Shown here in pieces: positions 9,330 through 18,335 of a stretch of DNA of 64,000 nucleotides. Positions within the stretch are counted from its first letter, which is position 1, and every line of letters begins with the position of its first letter. Origin of the DNA: an uncultured archaeon. Its GTDB lineage: Archaea; Nanobdellota; Nanobdellia; Woesearchaeales; CAIVOO01. The DNA lies in NCBI GenBank assembly GCA_903842985.1, contig CAIMOB010000014.1, forward strand, positions 14,897-78,896, read 5' to 3'. The notes under the pieces are model-generated. The model had not been told where the DNA came from. It ran no database searches and was given only the letters and a program-made list of their open reading frames with translations. The translations under genes were made by a program, and so were the position numbers.

Positions 9330-9403
9330 TAGCCCCGGGCGGATTCGAACCGCCGTCCCGAGATCCAAAGTCTCGGATGATTGACCGGCTACACTACGGG
9401 GCT
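9330..9403 (-). tRNA. tRNA-Gln (anticodon UUG)
   Basis: I folded it by hand: AGCCCCG acceptor stem with an A1-U72 pair typical of archaeal tRNA-Gln, anticodon stem CGAGA/UCUCG with loop CUUUGGA (U33, anticodon UUG), T-arm GGCGG-TTCGAAT-CCGCC, discriminator A. CCA is not encoded. Confidence 0.8.
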
Positions 9404-9472
9404 GTATAAAAGACAGATATTGCCTTATTTTTATAAATTTTCGCAATATTTATATATTAATGCTATTTAAGC

Positions 9473-10321
9473 GTGTATATGTCTCATAAACTTATTCAGA
9501 GGAATTTCATAGTTATCTGGATCATTGTATTGCTTTCTCTGGCGCTGGTTTTCACGCTGATTCTTACAGGCTGCCAAAAAACAAAGGTAATAAGCGCAAA
9601 AGAAATCCCAAAGGAAACTGAGAAGCCTGCTGCGCCGGCGCAGCCGAATACAACAGTAAGCACTAAAAACGCAAGCACTGCAAAAAATGTTTCTGCAGAA
9701 GCGAAGCCAGCGGTGACTGCCACAGCTGATTCGTCATCAAAAAAAGACCTGAATCTTGCAGGTGTTTTAGCAGATACTATTTATCCAAAATCCAATGAAA
9801 TTTTTGAAGTGACACTCACTGTTGAAAATGCCGGGCTTGAAAAAATAGATTCGTTCGAATATCTGGTCAATATAATGAAAGACGGCGTGCTTCAAAAATT
9901 TGACAGGGGGGAGAGGAATGAAGGGCTGGTTGCTGGCGGAAAAGTAAAGCTAAGAAGCGAATTTTCACTTTCATCAGCTGGCAAATATACAATTGAAGCC
10001 AGTGTAGACCCCAGCAATGCTGTGAAGGAGTTCGATGAGTCGAACAACGGCAAAACAACTACAATTACTATTGTTGCGCCTTCTGCAGAAACAACGCAGG
10101 AAAATGAAGCGCCTGCACCTGCGCCGTCTGGAACATGCACAGACACTGACAACGGAAAGATTTACACATTGAAGGGAAAGTGCACAGACAGCGGGGCATA
10201 CAGCGCAGGCTTCAATGACTTTTGCATTTCAGCCACAAGGCTGGTTGAAATGTACTGCAAGTCAGGCGAGTGCGTTCAGGAGGAACATGCCTGCAGCTGC
10301 AGTGAAGGTAAATGTAGTTAA
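9473..10321 (+). CDS. secreted lipoprotein with CARDB-like domain and C-terminal Cys-rich module
   Basis: Signal peptide ending LILTGC (lipobox), then an S/T/A/P-rich linker. A CARDB-like segment follows (TLTVENAGLEKIDSFEY...ESNNGKTTTITI). The C-terminal Cys-rich module is paralogous to the one at 8229-8522. TATA box about 30 bp upstream. Confidence 0.6.
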   Translation: MYMSHKLIQRNFIVIWIIVLLSLALVFTLILTGCQKTKVISAKEIPKETEKPAAPAQPNTTVSTKNASTAKNVSAEAKPAVTATADSSSKKDLNLAGVLADTIYPKSNEIFEVTLTVENAGLEKIDSFEYLVNIMKDGVLQKFDRGERNEGLVAGGKVKLRSEFSLSSAGKYTIEASVDPSNAVKEFDESNNGKTTTITIVAPSAETTQENEAPAPAPSGTCTDTDNGKIYTLKGKCTDSGAYSAGFNDFCISATRLVEMYCKSGECVQEEHACSCSEGKCS

Positions 10322-10351
10322 CTTTCAAAAATAAAAAAAGGAGGTGAAAAA

Positions 10352-10735
10352 ATGGCAAGAAAAGACAGACTGAAACTGATTGGAAAGATTGCATTTATAC
10401 TGGGCTTGGTGCTTGCGGTTGTTACACCGATTGTTGCTAAGATTTTCAATGTGCCGGTTGCAAGTTATTATCCCGTTGTGGCAGGCATATTGGTTGTCGT
10501 CGGCCTAATCGTCGGCTTGGTAAACATATCCATCAAGGAGTCAATGTCGTTTTTGGTGGCAGCAGTTGTGCTTGTGCTTATTGCAGGTTACGGCGCCGGC
10601 CAGTTGTTCAGCGCATTGGGCAACTTTGTTGGAGAGATATTGTCGAATATTTTGGGCATGCTGATAACAATGGTTGTGCCTTCAGCAATAATTGTTGCAC
10701 TGAAAGAGATATACATGTTTGCTGAGAAAAAGTGA
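10352..10735 (+). CDS. small integral membrane protein
   Basis: 127 aa with three to four hydrophobic helices. A strong SD (AAAGGAGGTGAAAAA) precedes the ATG. Confidence 0.5.
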   Translation: MARKDRLKLIGKIAFILGLVLAVVTPIVAKIFNVPVASYYPVVAGILVVVGLIVGLVNISIKESMSFLVAAVVLVLIAGYGAGQLFSALGNFVGEILSNILGMLITMVVPSAIIVALKEIYMFAEKK

Positions 10736-10758
10736 ACATTTTTTCTTTTTTTTAAATT

Positions 10759-11718
10759 ATGTGGCATAAAATGTATGATATAATATCTGTGGGAAGCGCA
10801 ACAAGGGACATTTTTGTCTGGACAGCCACAGCAGCAAAGAAGAACATGTTCTGCTATCCTGTCGGCGAGAAGATTCTGGTGGACAGCATTGACTTTCATT
10901 CAGGGGGCGGCGGGACAAATACAGCTGTCTCATTTGCAAAGAAAGGCCTGAAAACAGCATATCTCGGGATGCTTGGCAGGGACAGCAATGGCATTTACAT
11001 CAGGACTTTGCTTGACGCCTTTGGCGTTGATTTCATAGGGAGCATCGGCAAAGAGATGACCGGCGTCTCGATAATCCTTGACAGCAGGGCAAAGAAGGAC
11101 AGGACAATTCTCGCTTATAAGGGAGTGAACAACCAGCTTAAGTTCTCCCAAATAAATCTTTCTAAGCTAAAGACAAAATGGTTTTATTTCTGCGCAATGG
11201 AGGGCGAGTCATTCAGGACACTGGAAAAGCTGGCTGATTACGCAAAAAGAAAAAAAATCAAGGTGATGTTCAATCCAAGCTCGTACCTCGCAAAGGAAGG
11301 GATGAGCCACCTGAAAAAAATAATCGCTGCAACAGACATCCTTGTGCTGAACAAGGAGGAAGCGGAATATTTGGCTGGCAGGGGCAGCATGAACGAGCTT
11401 CTCAAAAGGCTCCAGAGGCATGTGAAAATCGTGATTATCACGGACGGAAGCAACGGCGCATTCGCCTACAACGGGCTGCATAGATATTTTGTGAAAAGAA
11501 AAGTAAAAGTTGTGGAGGCAACAGGCGCAGGCGACGCATTCGGCTCCGGATTTTTGGCAGGCATTATTTTGAAGAAGGACATTGAGTTCGCGATGAAGCT
11601 TGCGCAGGCAAATGCCGAGTCTGTTCTGAAATACGTCGGTGCAAAGGACAATCTTCTGGCGACAAACGAGATAAAGAAAGCAATTAAGGAACTGAGAGTT
11701 AAGATTGAAAAACTGTAA
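10759..11718 (+). CDS. PfkB-family carbohydrate/nucleoside kinase (ribokinase-like)
   Basis: GGGGTNTAVSFAKKG (Gly-rich motif) and TGAGDAFGSGFLAGI (PfkB signature 2). Confidence 0.8.
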   Translation: MWHKMYDIISVGSATRDIFVWTATAAKKNMFCYPVGEKILVDSIDFHSGGGGTNTAVSFAKKGLKTAYLGMLGRDSNGIYIRTLLDAFGVDFIGSIGKEMTGVSIILDSRAKKDRTILAYKGVNNQLKFSQINLSKLKTKWFYFCAMEGESFRTLEKLADYAKRKKIKVMFNPSSYLAKEGMSHLKKIIAATDILVLNKEEAEYLAGRGSMNELLKRLQRHVKIVIITDGSNGAFAYNGLHRYFVKRKVKVVEATGAGDAFGSGFLAGIILKKDIEFAMKLAQANAESVLKYVGAKDNLLATNEIKKAIKELRVKIEKL

Positions 11719-11731
11719 GCTTCTAAAACCA
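11717..11731. repeat. 15-bp direct repeat AAGCTTCTAAAACCA (left copy; overlaps the PfkB stop codon)
   Basis: Identical to 12865-12879. I checked this by direct string comparison. Confidence 0.7.
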
Positions 11732-11858
11732 GGCTTATTAAGATGAAACTAAAAGAAGGAGTTAAATTAGGTGCACTTGTGCATGATCTTGAATTAGTTT
11801 ATCAGAGTATACAAAGACACAGATAATTTTATATAATACCTATACTTAATTCTCATTA

Positions 11859-12197
11859 ATGAACTGGATTGAATTATTTGATAAATTAGTTATAGGAATT
11901 GCAACAGAATTGAAATTAAAGTTTTTTAAAACTAGTAGTGGTTATTTGTTATCTCATGAAAATGTTTTTATTGGAGGGGTTTCTTATATTATCGGTAGAA
12001 ACGAAAAATTAAGGATATTGGTTAATCCTGCTCCTGCCAGATTTAAAGGAATGCCTATAGAAAGTATTCCTAAAGTTTCTATATTCTTAGGAAGACCAAT
12101 TGATTTAGGTGATTATACAATGGAAGAGTTACAAGGAAAAAATTCAAAGGCAAAAATAGCCATAATTTCAGCCATAATAAAGCAAATAGGAAAATGA
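11859..12197 (+). CDS. hypothetical protein (AT-rich island)
   Basis: A 112-aa ORF inside the low-GC segment. Confidence 0.35.
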   Translation: MNWIELFDKLVIGIATELKLKFFKTSSGYLLSHENVFIGGVSYIIGRNEKLRILVNPAPARFKGMPIESIPKVSIFLGRPIDLGDYTMEELQGKNSKAKIAIISAIIKQIGK

Positions 12198-12236
12198 TTG
12201 TCTTTCTATCCTCAGCAGATTCGCTAACTTATAGAA

Positions 12237-12818
12237 ATGTTTATAAATTTCATTATACTATTAAATTTAATGAAACGTGAATTAGTATTAGAAAAAGAGG
12301 ATTATGAAGTTTTAAATCCCATTTTAGATATTCAGGAAAAATTCAAAACAGATGGCTGGAAGCCCGAATATGCCCAAGTAATTAAACAATGTGTTTCTAA
12401 TCTTAATAAGATACTTGAAGAAGTAAATAAAGAAGTAAAATACAGAAATGAAAATAAAATGATGATAGGCAGTTCTTTTATAGAATTTTATACTTCGGTA
12501 TATCAAGTATTCAATCTTTGGGAAGATATTCAAACTAGGGATGAAAGTTTTTTAGAATTATTAATTAAGGAAGCACCCGAACTTGTAGAAGTTATCATTC
12601 CTAAAGCAAACAATCTTTGGGATGAAATAAAATTAAACTGTAAGACTATAACTAGTGATCCCATATGGCCAAAGGGTCCAAACTTTATAAGATCACCAAA
12701 AGAACTTGCTAATGGAACTTATGAAGGGATTCCAATTGATGAAATAATAAAGGATGCAGTAGATATTGGTGAATACTTAGATGGATTTGCAAAAGAACAT
12801 TCTGATGTATTGAAATAA
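12237..12818 (+). CDS. hypothetical protein (AT-rich island)
   Basis: A 193-aa acidic ORF inside the low-GC segment. Confidence 0.4.
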   Translation: MFINFIILLNLMKRELVLEKEDYEVLNPILDIQEKFKTDGWKPEYAQVIKQCVSNLNKILEEVNKEVKYRNENKMMIGSSFIEFYTSVYQVFNLWEDIQTRDESFLELLIKEAPELVEVIIPKANNLWDEIKLNCKTITSDPIWPKGPNFIRSPKELANGTYEGIPIDEIIKDAVDIGEYLDGFAKEHSDVLK

Positions 12819-12864
12819 TTACTTTTCGTTCTTTCTCGACTTTGTCAAGAAGAATTTTTGTGCA

Positions 12865-12879
12865 AAGCTTCTAAAACCA
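12865..12879. repeat. 15-bp direct repeat AAGCTTCTAAAACCA (right copy)
   Basis: Identical to 11717-11731. The two copies bracket a low-GC 1.13-kb segment. Confidence 0.7.
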
Positions 12880-13063
12880 AAATGCTTATAAACAGAGGGT
12901 TTCATAATCCAGTACTTCGAGGGTTGATAAGTATTGATTAACTACGACAGAAGACTCGTACACAGAGAAAAAGAGAAAGAAACTGATCCAATTTTGAAAA
13001 ATCTAATCTGGATCATGGCAATCCTTGTGCTGATTTTAATAGTCCTGTAAAAAAGGAGGCGAA

Positions 13064-13831
13064 ATGGCAAAGCTCAGGGTTGAAAAGATTTTAACTAATG
13101 GGAAGAGCCTGCTTCTGGCAATGGACCAGGGGCTTGAGCACGGTCCAAAGGATTTTACAATAAAGACAATCGACCCTGAATATGTTCTCGATATCGCAAG
13201 AAAAGGCGGATACAACGGCATGATTCTTCAGAAAGGGATTGCTGAGAAATATTTTGAAAATTACAAGCAGGACATTCCTTTAATCATAAAAGTCAACGGA
13301 AAGGCTTCGATTGCGCAGATTGACCCTTATGCCAGCCAGCTCTGCTCTGTGAAAAGGGCTGTCCAGCTTGGCGCATCTGCTGTCGGCTACACTATTTATC
13401 TCGGAAGCCCGCAGGAGCCGCATATTTTCAGGGAGTTCTCCAAAATACAGGAGGAGGCGCACCAGTTTGGCCTGCCGATAATTGCCTGGATGTATCCCCG
13501 CGGACCTTTTGTTAAGAATGACATTGATACTGACATTCTTGCCTATGCAGCAAGAGTCGGGCTTGAGCTCGGCGCTGATTTCGTGAAGATGAAGTACAAC
13601 AACGACCCGAAAGGGTATGAGTGGGTTGTGAAATGCGCCGGAAAGACAAAGCTGCTTGTGGCTGGCGGAGAGAAGAAGACAGAAGCACAGCTTTACAAGG
13701 ATGTTCATGAAGTGATGCAGGCAGGAGCCACTGGCATGGCAATCGGCAGGAATGTCTGGCAGTCTGACAAGCCACTGGAAATAACAAAGAACCTGAAGAA
13801 GATTATTTTCGAAGGGAAGAGAATTTTATAA
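13064..13831 (+). CDS. class I aldolase of the DhnA/FbaB family (archaeal fructose-bisphosphate aldolase or AroA'-type)
   Basis: LLLAMDQGLEHGP...VKMKY... is the DeoC/FbaB-family Schiff-base aldolase pattern. SD AAAAGGAGGCGAAATGGC. Confidence 0.75.
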   Translation: MAKLRVEKILTNGKSLLLAMDQGLEHGPKDFTIKTIDPEYVLDIARKGGYNGMILQKGIAEKYFENYKQDIPLIIKVNGKASIAQIDPYASQLCSVKRAVQLGASAVGYTIYLGSPQEPHIFREFSKIQEEAHQFGLPIIAWMYPRGPFVKNDIDTDILAYAARVGLELGADFVKMKYNNDPKGYEWVVKCAGKTKLLVAGGEKKTEAQLYKDVHEVMQAGATGMAIGRNVWQSDKPLEITKNLKKIIFEGKRIL

Positions 13832-14935
13832 TTTTTCTGCGATAACCGCCCTGTCAAACACAAACAGATGAACTTCTTTGTCGCCTAAAAGACTTCTTTC
13901 GTACTTGTTCCTTTCTGTCCAGTAATCTTTTGGCGAGACAGTCATCCTCAGCACAACCTTGCCTGCCTTCTGCCTCTGCAGTGCTTCAAGAATCTTGTCA
14001 AAGTCATCTTCGACAACTTCAAGAACTTTGTAGGCTTTCACAAAATCATTTTTAAGAAGCTTGCCTGAAGTCAGGTAAATATCATTGTCCTGCTCGTAAA
14101 CATAAGCGTTCTTCATCGTCAGCAGAAGCTCTGCAGTCAATTCAGCCTTTTCAACTGCCGGATCAACTTCATAGAAGAAATCCATTATCTTCGGCGCCTT
14201 CTGCTCCTCTGCTATTATGTTTCTCACAACAGATGCGCGGATTACAGCGCCCTGCGGAAGAACAACAGCAGATGCCCTGCATTTTCTCAGCTCGCTAAAA
14301 TAAAGATTCAGCCTGTTAAGCTCGCCATTAAGCGAAAGATACTCTTTTTCGCATTCAAATGGTATATTTTTAATCATCGGCGGGAATTCAATGCAGATTT
14401 TTGGATACAATTTCAGCAGTTTCTCAATGTCAGGCCTCATTGTCTTTATTGTCCTTGCTGTTTCAGACGGCAGGCGTTCAGGGTCGCAGAAGAAGGCATC
14501 AGCATCCTTTAATTTGTCTGCCACTTTCTTGCTCAGTATGTCACCTTCAATGAATTCAATGTTTTTTATTCCAAGCGCCTCAGCATTTAGCTTCGCAAAT
14601 TCAATCTTTCTCCTGTCAATGTCAACTGCGACAACACTTTTGCAGTGCTTTGCAAATGAAAAGCTTTGGAAGCCGACACCGCAGCCCAGGTCAGCTATTT
14701 TATTGCAGCTTAATCTTTTTGCGCGGTACTCGGCAACTTCATAGGGCGTCGCCCACCTCAAGTCATCAAGAAGCATGAATAGTTTGTCAGCCTTCGGATG
14801 CTTTTCCTTTCCCTTTATCCTCGCCTTTGCCAGCTCAAATGTCTCGTTGTCAAACTTCTCAAGAATTATGTCCCTTGAAGCATTCAGCTTCAGCAGTGCC
14901 ATAGCTTCCCTTATGCTTTTATCATTCATAGCCAT
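13826..14935 (-). CDS. class I SAM-dependent methyltransferase (Tgs1/RNA-guanine-N2-MTase-like)
   Basis: Motif I IADLGCGVGFQSFSFA...VVAVDID. Followed by a C-terminal domain of about 200 aa. Confidence 0.55.
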   Translation of the reverse strand: MAMNDKSIREAMALLKLNASRDIILEKFDNETFELAKARIKGKEKHPKADKLFMLLDDLRWATPYEVAEYRAKRLSCNKIADLGCGVGFQSFSFAKHCKSVVAVDIDRRKIEFAKLNAEALGIKNIEFIEGDILSKKVADKLKDADAFFCDPERLPSETARTIKTMRPDIEKLLKLYPKICIEFPPMIKNIPFECEKEYLSLNGELNRLNLYFSELRKCRASAVVLPQGAVIRASVVRNIIAEEQKAPKIMDFFYEVDPAVEKAELTAELLLTMKNAYVYEQDNDIYLTSGKLLKNDFVKAYKVLEVVEDDFDKILEALQRQKAGKVVLRMTVSPKDYWTERNKYERSLLGDKEVHLFVFDRAVIAEKL

Positions 14936-15557
14936 ACCTTCCTTTCAATGGCACGAACATGAAGTTGCCAAGTGTCTTTATTTCTATTTTCCCCTTTATT
15001 TTTCTCATCTGAATCATCTCCTGCGCATGCACAGGGCCCACTGGCGCGACAATTATCCCGTTGCTTTTGAGCTGGTCAATCCACGGCTCAGGTATCTCAG
15101 GGCAGGCGCATGTTGCGATAATCCTGTCAAAAGGCGATTTCCCCCTCAAGCCGAAGCTTCCATCTGCGTGTATGATTTCAACATTTGTTATCTTTTCCTT
15201 CTTCAGGTTTTTTTTCGCGAACGGAATCAATTCCTCAACAACCTCTGTTGAATAAACAAATCCCCTGCTGCATACGGTCGCAATAAGCGCAGCATTGTAG
15301 CCTGAGCCTGCGCCGACCTCCAGAACTTTGTCTGTTTCCTTCAGCTCAAGCGCCTCCAGCATCGTCATTATTGTTGTTGGCTGGGAAATTGTCTGCCCGC
15401 CGAGAATAGGAAGAGGATAATCATTGTAGACATGCGACAAATCCTTCTTGAGAATGAAGTTTTCCCTTTTTATTTTCCTAAACGCGCCAATCAGCCGTTC
15501 GTCTTTGACAATACCATCTTTTTTCCACTTCTCAATCAGCTCTTCTTTGATGTTCAT
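14922..15557 (-). CDS. pcm: protein-L-isoaspartate O-methyltransferase
   Basis: GQTISQPTTIMTMLEAL and VLEVGAGSGYNAALIA are the PIMT signatures. Confidence 0.85.
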   Translation of the reverse strand: MNIKEELIEKWKKDGIVKDERLIGAFRKIKRENFILKKDLSHVYNDYPLPILGGQTISQPTTIMTMLEALELKETDKVLEVGAGSGYNAALIATVCSRGFVYSTEVVEELIPFAKKNLKKEKITNVEIIHADGSFGLRGKSPFDRIIATCACPEIPEPWIDQLKSNGIIVAPVGPVHAQEMIQMRKIKGKIEIKTLGNFMFVPLKGRYGYE

Positions 15558-16489
15558 CTTAGCACAGTAATCTTTTTTGTAAGGCTCTTGTGAATATAAT
15601 AGTTGAATTCCTTTTCTATTTTTAAACCTGCGCCTTTTACCAGCTTCCTGTAATTGACATTGTCAGGGAAGACAACAACTGCCTTGTTTCTCAGCGCTTT
15701 CTTCAGGTTCTTCAGGAATTTTGAGTAAAGCGTCTCGATTTTTTCAGATATTTTGCTGCTTCTTCCATAAGGCAAATCAGTCACAACATAATCTGCCTTC
15801 GGGATTTTCGTGCCGTCTCCTTTGATTAATTTATATCCCTTTACTTTGTAATAGGAAAGATTCTTGTCAGCCATTTTGAGCATTATCTTGTCAATGTCAT
15901 AGCCGACTGCCTTCAGCCCCATCAAGCCTGTTTCCATTAAAATTCCTCCTGAGCCGCAGAAAGGGTCAACAACCTCGCCTTTAACAGCGCCTGACAGATT
16001 AACAAGCGCTTTTGCAAGCTTCGGATGCAGGGAAGTAGGATGGGGCATTGGCCTGAGATGGGTTTTTCTAAGCAGATAATCTTTTTTTGATTCATGAAGC
16101 AGAAGGCAGCAGTAGATTTTTTTGCCAGCAATGATTTCGATTCTTGTGCCTGGCTTTTCCAGGTCAACTTTCGGATTCTTCAGCTTTTTCCAGACAAAGC
16201 CTGCAAGCTGAGCTTCATTTTTTAAAAGCTCTCCTTCAATCCTTAAGCAGAAGCTTTTTTTGTAAATTGAATTCCAGTCAAATTTCTGCAAATCCTTTTC
16301 AAGATTTTTCTTGTCTGTCACAAACAATAATCTGCAGACTTTGTTTGCAAATGCAAGACGCTTCATCAGATTTAAGTCTTCATTTGCTGTGAACAGGATA
16401 TTATCTTCGACTTTTACCTTGCCAAGCAATGCCTCTGCTTCTGCCTTTGCCAAGTCTAATTTTTCTTTGGATAAAAGGAGGAGGTTCAT
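15554..16489 (-). CDS. THUMP-domain tRNA (guanine-N2)-methyltransferase (Trm11/Trm-G10-like)
   Basis: DPFCGSGGILMETGL (motif I) and VTDLPYG (D/NPPY-type motif IV), with an N-terminal THUMP-like region. Confidence 0.7.
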   Translation of the reverse strand: MNLLLLSKEKLDLAKAEAEALLGKVKVEDNILFTANEDLNLMKRLAFANKVCRLLFVTDKKNLEKDLQKFDWNSIYKKSFCLRIEGELLKNEAQLAGFVWKKLKNPKVDLEKPGTRIEIIAGKKIYCCLLLHESKKDYLLRKTHLRPMPHPTSLHPKLAKALVNLSGAVKGEVVDPFCGSGGILMETGLMGLKAVGYDIDKIMLKMADKNLSYYKVKGYKLIKGDGTKIPKADYVVTDLPYGRSSKISEKIETLYSKFLKNLKKALRNKAVVVFPDNVNYRKLVKGAGLKIEKEFNYYIHKSLTKKITVLR

Positions 16490-16917
16490 TTTAATTTATT
16501 CAGCGCTTCAATTGCCCATTCCTTAACATTTGGCAGCAATGCCTCTTTTTCCAAGTCATCTTTAGAAAACCATTTCAAGGGAGTCTGCTCATCGCTTTCT
16601 TTTAGCAGTTCACCGCCTTTTACAATTCCAAAATATATCAGATTAATGTGCTTGTGGTCTTCTTTTATGTGATCCAGATGCAGGTGAACTGGCTGGACAA
16701 TATTTGAAGTTTTTGACCTGTCATAAGGCGAGATTAGTTCAATGTCAAGGCCTGATTCCTCTTTTGCTTCCCTGATAACTGAAGCGCACGGAAGCTCGTT
16801 TGGCTCAATATGCCCGCCAACAGGAATCCAGGTATTTATTTTCTTGTTCCAAGTCAATAGAACTTTGCTGTCTCTGACAACGAAAACAGTTGATAAAAAT
16901 TCGCGGACAATGTTCAT
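16486..16917 (-). CDS. NUDIX hydrolase
   Basis: Nudix box GGHIEPNELPCASVIREAKEESGL. Confidence 0.75.
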   Translation of the reverse strand: MNIVREFLSTVFVVRDSKVLLTWNKKINTWIPVGGHIEPNELPCASVIREAKEESGLDIELISPYDRSKTSNIVQPVHLHLDHIKEDHKHINLIYFGIVKGGELLKESDEQTPLKWFSKDDLEKEALLPNVKEWAIEALNKLK

Positions 16918-16970
16918 TTTTTAGTTAAATCAACGCGTTTTTATATACTTTACCCTTATATCTTTACAAT

Positions 16971-17327
16971 ATGGAAACATTTAAAAACCTTTACCCCTTA
17001 CTAACTGCCATGAAGCGGGGTAGACCAGTTAAATCAGCCATTAGGCAGAATATTGTTGAGATTCTTTACTACCTTGGAGAGGGCTACGGCTATGTCATTT
17101 ACAAGATTTACAGGACTGTGTTCCCAGCCTGCACCCAGAAATCTATCTACTATCACTTGAAAAAAGGAGTGATGACCGGAGAGTTTGTTGAAGCGAAAAG
17201 AGAGAAGGAAAAGGGTGACTTTTCCTGGGGCTCAGAGGTTGAGAAGGTCTATTACAAGCTTGGCCCAAAGGCCCAGGCAAAAGGAGAGCCAAGGGTTAAG
17301 GAATACGTTTCAAAACTAAAGAAGTAA
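16971..17327 (+). CDS. hypothetical protein, possible winged-helix fold
   Basis: A 118-aa basic protein. No clear family. Confidence 0.4.
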   Translation: METFKNLYPLLTAMKRGRPVKSAIRQNIVEILYYLGEGYGYVIYKIYRTVFPACTQKSIYYHLKKGVMTGEFVEAKREKEKGDFSWGSEVEKVYYKLGPKAQAKGEPRVKEYVSKLKK

Positions 17328-17331
17328 AACC

Positions 17332-17940
17332 ATGTCCAAGTACGTTTCAAAAACAGACAAGTTCCTGAGAGTTTTAGGTTTTTCAGCAGGAATTTCATTT
17401 CTTCTTGCGATTCTTGCCGGGATTTTCATCGACACAAGCACAGCTGTCTACATATTCATATTTTCATTCATTTATTTTCTTCTTATTTTCCTTTACCTTT
17501 ACAAGACAAAAAACCTGCATTTCAACATACTGATAAAGGCGCATCACATAAAAAACGTGGTTTACAAAATAGAGCACCACATTGTTGACCTGCCTGCTTC
17601 AAAAACATCTTTTTGGGTCGGAACAGCGATACTTGCGCTGGCAATAATATTCTTCACATTAAAAAATAATTTTATTTTTGTGTTCATGCTGATTGTTTTG
17701 CTTATTTTCAACCATTTTTATTTCTTCAGGCACACAGTATACCTATATTTCACAAAGACTGGTCTTGCCATTGATTATGGGCATTTCATAACTATGACAA
17801 GATGGAATGAGTTTGACAGGGTCGAGATAAAAGGCAGGTACGCAAGATTTTATCTAAAGGAGAAGAAAGTGCATAGGACAATCCCTGTTGACAATGTGAA
17901 AGAGTTCAAGAAGGTTGTAAAGAAGTTTATTAAGGGTTAG
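17332..17940 (+). CDS. hypothetical membrane protein
   Basis: Multiple hydrophobic helices followed by a C-terminal soluble domain. Confidence 0.45.
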   Translation: MSKYVSKTDKFLRVLGFSAGISFLLAILAGIFIDTSTAVYIFIFSFIYFLLIFLYLYKTKNLHFNILIKAHHIKNVVYKIEHHIVDLPASKTSFWVGTAILALAIIFFTLKNNFIFVFMLIVLLIFNHFYFFRHTVYLYFTKTGLAIDYGHFITMTRWNEFDRVEIKGRYARFYLKEKKVHRTIPVDNVKEFKKVVKKFIKG

Positions 17941-18290
17941 TTCAATAGCATTTTTTCAACTGTCATATTATAATCATTAATGCGAACAGTTTCATTTATT
18001 TCTTTCAATTTAAATTCAACCATCAATAGTTTGGCCAGTTCCTCAAGGCATATTTTCATCTTCTTTTTCTTTTTAACGCCTTTTCCGTCATCGAGAATCA
18101 TTGCAACAGAAACTTCCCTATCATTCCGCTTCTTTTTTATGCAGTAGACGATCGTTTCGCCTTTTACATTTTTGAATGAAGCGCCGAAATATCTGTCTTC
18201 CCAGTTGTATACATATCCATTTGTGCATCTTATAACAGAATCCACATAATAGCCGCCACTCCTTACACCGCCGCCAGGTAAAGACTTCAT
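17937..18290 (-). CDS. hypothetical protein
   Basis: A 117-aa ORF. No motif recognised. Confidence 0.35.
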   Translation of the reverse strand: MKSLPGGGVRSGGYYVDSVIRCTNGYVYNWEDRYFGASFKNVKGETIVYCIKKKRNDREVSVAMILDDGKGVKKKKKMKICLEELAKLLMVEFKLKEINETVRINDYNMTVEKMLLN

Positions 18291-18335
18291 GTTTTTTAAT
18301 AAGCCTGTGTTCTTTATAAATTTTATCTAAAATAA

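Larger units (their letters stand above)
11732..12864. mobile_element. candidate small insertion (low-GC island with two ORFs, bracketed by 15-bp direct repeats)
   Basis: Visibly AT-rich compared with its flanks. Contains two hypothetical ORFs with no integrase or transposase. Perfect direct repeats sit at both ends. Confidence 0.3.

Noticed and set aside
8526-9446. 306-aa version of the methyltransferase ORF
   Set aside because: Its N-terminal 54 codons read through a clearly folded tRNA-Gln gene. The start was trimmed to 9284.
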